From NCBI RefSeq assembly GCF_000025945.1, contig NC_006138.1, positions 2,940,001 to 2,972,000 of the forward strand: a DNA stretch of 32,000 nt, given 5' to 3'. This DNA is from Desulfotalea psychrophila LSv54 (GTDB lineage: Bacteria > Desulfobacterota > Desulfobulbia > Desulfobulbales > Desulfocapsaceae). Below, one piece after another: positions 28,486 to 32,000 of the stretch; position 1 is the stretch's first letter; each line of letters opens with the position of its first letter. A program made the position numbers and the translations under genes. A model generated the notes under the pieces. That model was given only the letters and a program-made list of their open reading frames with translations, ran no database searches and was not told the origin of the DNA.

Positions 28486-28891
28486 TATCCTGGCGCTCCT
28501 TAGCGATTTCTTGGAATATATTTTCTATCTCTGCAACCTTTTCTGCAGTCTTGTCATAACAGAACTGAAGATTAGGTGTATATCGCATATTCAAGGTCCG
28601 AGCAAGGTGACTCCTGATAAAACCAGTTGCCGCCAAAAAGGCCTTATCAACTGCCTTTACATGTTTATGAGGACCATAGATTGTGTAATAAATTTTAACA
28701 ATCGTAAGATCATCCGTCGCTGTCACTCGGGAAATACCCACATCTTGCAGCTTCGGGTCACGAATCTTTTCAAGCAACAACACGGCCAGCTCTTTGCGAA
28801 TTGCATCCGCTACCCGTGTTGAACGCTTAACTTCGGTTCGTTTTCCGAGACCAATGGAATCAAGTATTTCTTTAGGATCCCATACACTCAT
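28469..28891 (-). CDS. rbfA: Ribosome-binding factor A
   Basis: [17 protein letters not shown]...[23 protein letters not shown] is an RbfA KH-like pattern. It lies directly downstream of infB. Confidence 0.9.
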
Positions 28892-28899
28892 AAATTCAC

Positions 28900-31719
28900 C
28901 TACTCACCCAGGGTTGCTGCGACTTCATTCATAATGAAAGCCTCAAGCACATCACCTATTTTAATATTATTAAAATTCTCTACGCCAATACCACACTCAT
29001 AACCCGAAGCAACTTCCTTGGCATCGTCTTTGAATCGTCGCAGAGAACCAATCTTACCTGTGTAGAGAACCACGCCTTCACGAAGGACGCGAACACCAGC
29101 ATTACGTTGGATCTTGCCACTGGTAACATAACAACCACCAATAACACCAATCTTTGGAACACTAAAGATATCACGAACCTCTGCATCACCGATAATCTCT
29201 TCTTCAAAGGTCGGATCAAGCATACCCACCATTGCATCACGGATATCATCGAGGGCATGATAGATAACGTCGTAGGAACGAACATCAACATGTTCCTTAT
29301 CGGCAAGCGCTTTCACCTTAGCTGACGGCCGCACATTGAAACCAATGATAATAGCGTCGGAGGCCGAGGCGAGAAGGATATCTGAATCTGTAATGGTACC
29401 AGTTCCCTCATGAAGCAAACGTACCTTAATTGCCTTGGTGGAGAGATCAGCTGCAGCCTTAGCAAAGGCTTCAAGTGTTCCCTGAACATCGGCACGAAGA
29501 ACAACGCGAAGTTCACGAACCTCTCCCTCACTCATCTGCTCAAAGAGCTTATCAAGAGAGATTTTGGTACTTGCACCAAGCTCAGCCTCACGCGCCTTCA
29601 TGGCACGATCATGACTAACGGCCTTAGCCATCTTCTCATCGGTAACCACGACAAACTCATCACCGGCGGAAGGTACACCAGAGAGACCTTGTACTTCTAC
29701 AGGGATAGAAGGACCTGCTTCAGCAAGTGAACGTCCCCGATAGTCGAGCATGGCACGTACTTTACCACTGTGCTGACCAACAACAAAGTGATCGCCCTTG
29801 GCAAGGGTTCCTGCCTGAACGAGGATGGTTGCAACAGGACCACGACCCTTATCCAGTTGAGCCTCAAGTACACGTCCGATCACCTTACGATCAGGATTGG
29901 CCTTCAACTCGAGCATCTCTGCCGCAAGCTGGACAGACTCCATCAGCTCATCAATGCCGATCTGCTGCTTAGCTGAAGTCTCGCAATACATGGTGGTTCC
30001 ACCCCACTCTTCCGGGGAGAGATCCAACTCTGCAAGTTCACGCTTAACACGCTCAACATCAGCATTGTCTTTATCAATTTTATTTACAGCAACAATGATT
30101 GGCACATTGGCAGCCTGAGAGTGACGAATCGCCTCACGGGTCTGGTCCATAACGCCATCATCTGCAGCTACCACAAGGATAACAATATCTGTTACCTGGG
30201 CACCACGAGAACGCATTTCTGTAAAGGCAGCATGGCCCGGAGTATCAACAAAGGTAACATCTCCTGAGGCAGCTTTTACATGGTAGGCACCGATATGCTG
30301 GGTAATACCACCTGCTTCACCATCTGCTACATCGGTTTTACGAATAGCATCCAGAATAGAGGTCTTACCGTGATCAACATGACCCATAACGGTAACAACA
30401 GGACAACGTCCTACCTCTATACCACCCTCTTCTGCTTCGGTAAGAAGTTGAATACCAAGCTCATCGGTAATACCCTGATCTACCTCATAGCCATATTCGG
30501 TTGCAATAAGGGTCGCAGTATCGATATCAACAGACTGGTTGATGGTGGCCATAAGCCCAAGTCCCATCAATTTACCGATCACATCACTTGCCTTAACCTT
30601 CATACGACCGGCAAGATCACCTACGGTGATGGTGTCATATACCTTAACATGCTTCTTACTCGCCTTCATCTCCGATGGTGGTAAAGTCTGAGCATCACGC
30701 TTACCTCTTCTCGGACGTCTACCACGGTTCTGATAATCGGTTCCGAAGTGGGTAAATTTTACACCTTTTTTCCCCTTAGCCTTTGGACGGCTATCACGCT
30801 CTGCAGGCTTCTCATCACGACGGCCCTTCTTCTTTCTGTTACGACTGTCATCCTGAGCAGGTGTAGCAGGTGCCGCTGGCTTAGGAGGTCCGCCTGCACT
30901 ACGATTAGGTGACGGAGTACTTGGACGTGGGCTTCTATTAACCGGTGGCCTGGTTGGCTTTCTGCGAGGGCGAGAAGGCTCTTCTCTCTGAATAGGCAAC
31001 TCTACCCGACCAATAACACGGACACCTCCACTTCGATATGGCTGTTGAGCGGGTTTAACTTTTTTATCAGTACTGGCAGGTGTTGCTACCTTTTTACTGT
31101 CTACTGCTGTTTTGCTTTTTTCCACGGTTTCCGTATGTTCTGCTCGTTTTATTTCTGGGGCACCTGCTTTTTTCTCGTTACTGCCAGCACTCACTACCTC
31201 TGGCTTAGCAACAGCAGCACTTTCTTCTTTCTCAATGGTTGGTTTCTGTGCTTTCAACTGAGACTCTTCCTCTCTCTCTAAGGGGGCGGTAGGAGCCTCT
31301 TTGTTAGTAACGAGTTCCTCTACAACCGGGGCAACTTCTTGTATCACAGGTTCACTCTTCTCGGCCTTAACAGGCTCCGATTTTTTTACCTCTTCAGCCA
31401 CCACTTCTTTAGGTACCTCGACGCTTACCGCCTGTACCTCTTCTACAATTTTTTCTGGCACGACAGGTTCATCTACTTTCTTACCCCCAATTACAGTGGT
31501 AGGTCGATGCGCGGCTGCAGCTTCATTTGTCGCCTGCCCTGTGTCTTGCCCAGACTCTTTTGTGCCAAGGAAGGTACGTCGAATCTCATCGGCGGTAGCA
31601 TCATCTACGGTGGAGCTATGACCTTTGATTTGATACCCCTTTTTGATCAGCTTATCAGCAAATGCTTTACCGCTCATCCCTGCCTCTTTGGCCAACTCGT
31701 AAATCCTAATCCTGCTCAT
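28900..31719 (-). CDS. infB: Translation initiation factor IF-2
   Basis: 939 aa. The N-terminus is [13 protein letters not shown] long low-complexity E/K/A/P/V-rich then R/K/P-rich linker follows. The G domain carries [18 protein letters not shown] and NKID. A C-terminal IF2 domain is present. Confidence 0.98.
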
Positions 31720-31830
31720 TCGTTACTCCCGTATCCTTCCCATTCATCAATAAAATTAAGATCAAAACCTCAACCTTAATTCATGAGCCTGTAAAATATA
31801 CTTTAAACTTATAGCAGACAATTCGGGCAA

Positions 31831-32000
31831 CTACAGGCGAAAAATCCTTTTCCATCTCCTCTGCTGTTTCATCAACTGTTCAGAACAGTTATCCTTATCA
31901 CAACAGTATGCTCCACGCCCTTCCAGCACAGCCTTTTCGTCAAAAAAAGGTGCCTCACCACGCCACACAAATCGTCGCAAAGTCTGCTTTTCCTGTTTTA
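31831..32000 (-). CDS. ylxR: YlxR/DUF448 family protein (nusA-infB operon RNA-binding protein), C-terminal part; the 5' end lies off the window
   Basis: My manual minus-strand translation from 31998 gives KQEKQTLRRFVWRGEAPFFDEKAVLEGRGAYCCDKDNCSEQLMKQQRRWKRIFRL*, with the stop at 31831-31833. The L.RFV...D....GRGAY.C....C pattern and the position upstream of infB fit YlxR. Confidence 0.7.
   Translation of the reverse strand, partial: KQEKQTLRRFVWRGEAPFFDEKAVLEGRGAYCCDKDNCSEQLMKQQRRWKRIFRL

Noticed and set aside
30700-31560. A long low-complexity region of IF-2 (E/K/A/V/P-rich then R/K/P-rich) with short internal repeats.
   Set aside because: Hypervariable, repetitive N-terminal regions are a well-known feature of bacterial IF-2. 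It is not an independent element.

Overview
This 32 kb window is chromosomal housekeeping DNA of moderate GC content. The gene content and order fit a Gram-negative bacterium. A deltaproteobacterial or Desulfobulbales-like origin is only a weak guess from gene order and protein flavour, and I cannot verify it.

Nearly all of the window is explained by conserved translation and core-metabolism clusters:
- A partial lptF/G gene, then nnr (+).
- A long minus-strand cluster: rplU-rpmA | obg-proB-proA-nadD-(response regulator)-ung.
- An isolated AP2-like DNA-binding gene divergent from a small mazG.
- rpsF-rpsR-(membrane protein)-rplI | dnaB (+).
- leuS-lptE | dus-GNAT (+).
- pepA (-), a CNNM/CBS transporter-like gene (+), an MBL hydrolase and dut (-).
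- The classical ylxR-infB-rbfA-nrnA-truB-rpsO-pnp supra-operon (-).

By eye I found no rRNA, tRNA, CRISPR array, transposase, integrase or recognisable defence or toxin-antitoxin module. I see no convincing multi-gene novel system.

The items most worth a second look are single-locus oddities:
1. rpsF is broken by two mutually compensating frameshifts about 45 nt apart.
2. An orphan REC / zinc-ribbon / catalytically degenerate CheB-like protein follows nadD and is ATGA-coupled to ung.
3. A stand-alone tandem AP2-like DNA-binding protein has a long AT-rich upstream region containing a palindrome.
4. Two unusually long, structured intergenic spacers lie between proB and proA and between dut and the MBL gene.
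5. A 36-nt tandem repeat encodes a charged tail on Obg.

All functional calls come from motif and family recognition in the supplied translations plus synteny. No database search was run.
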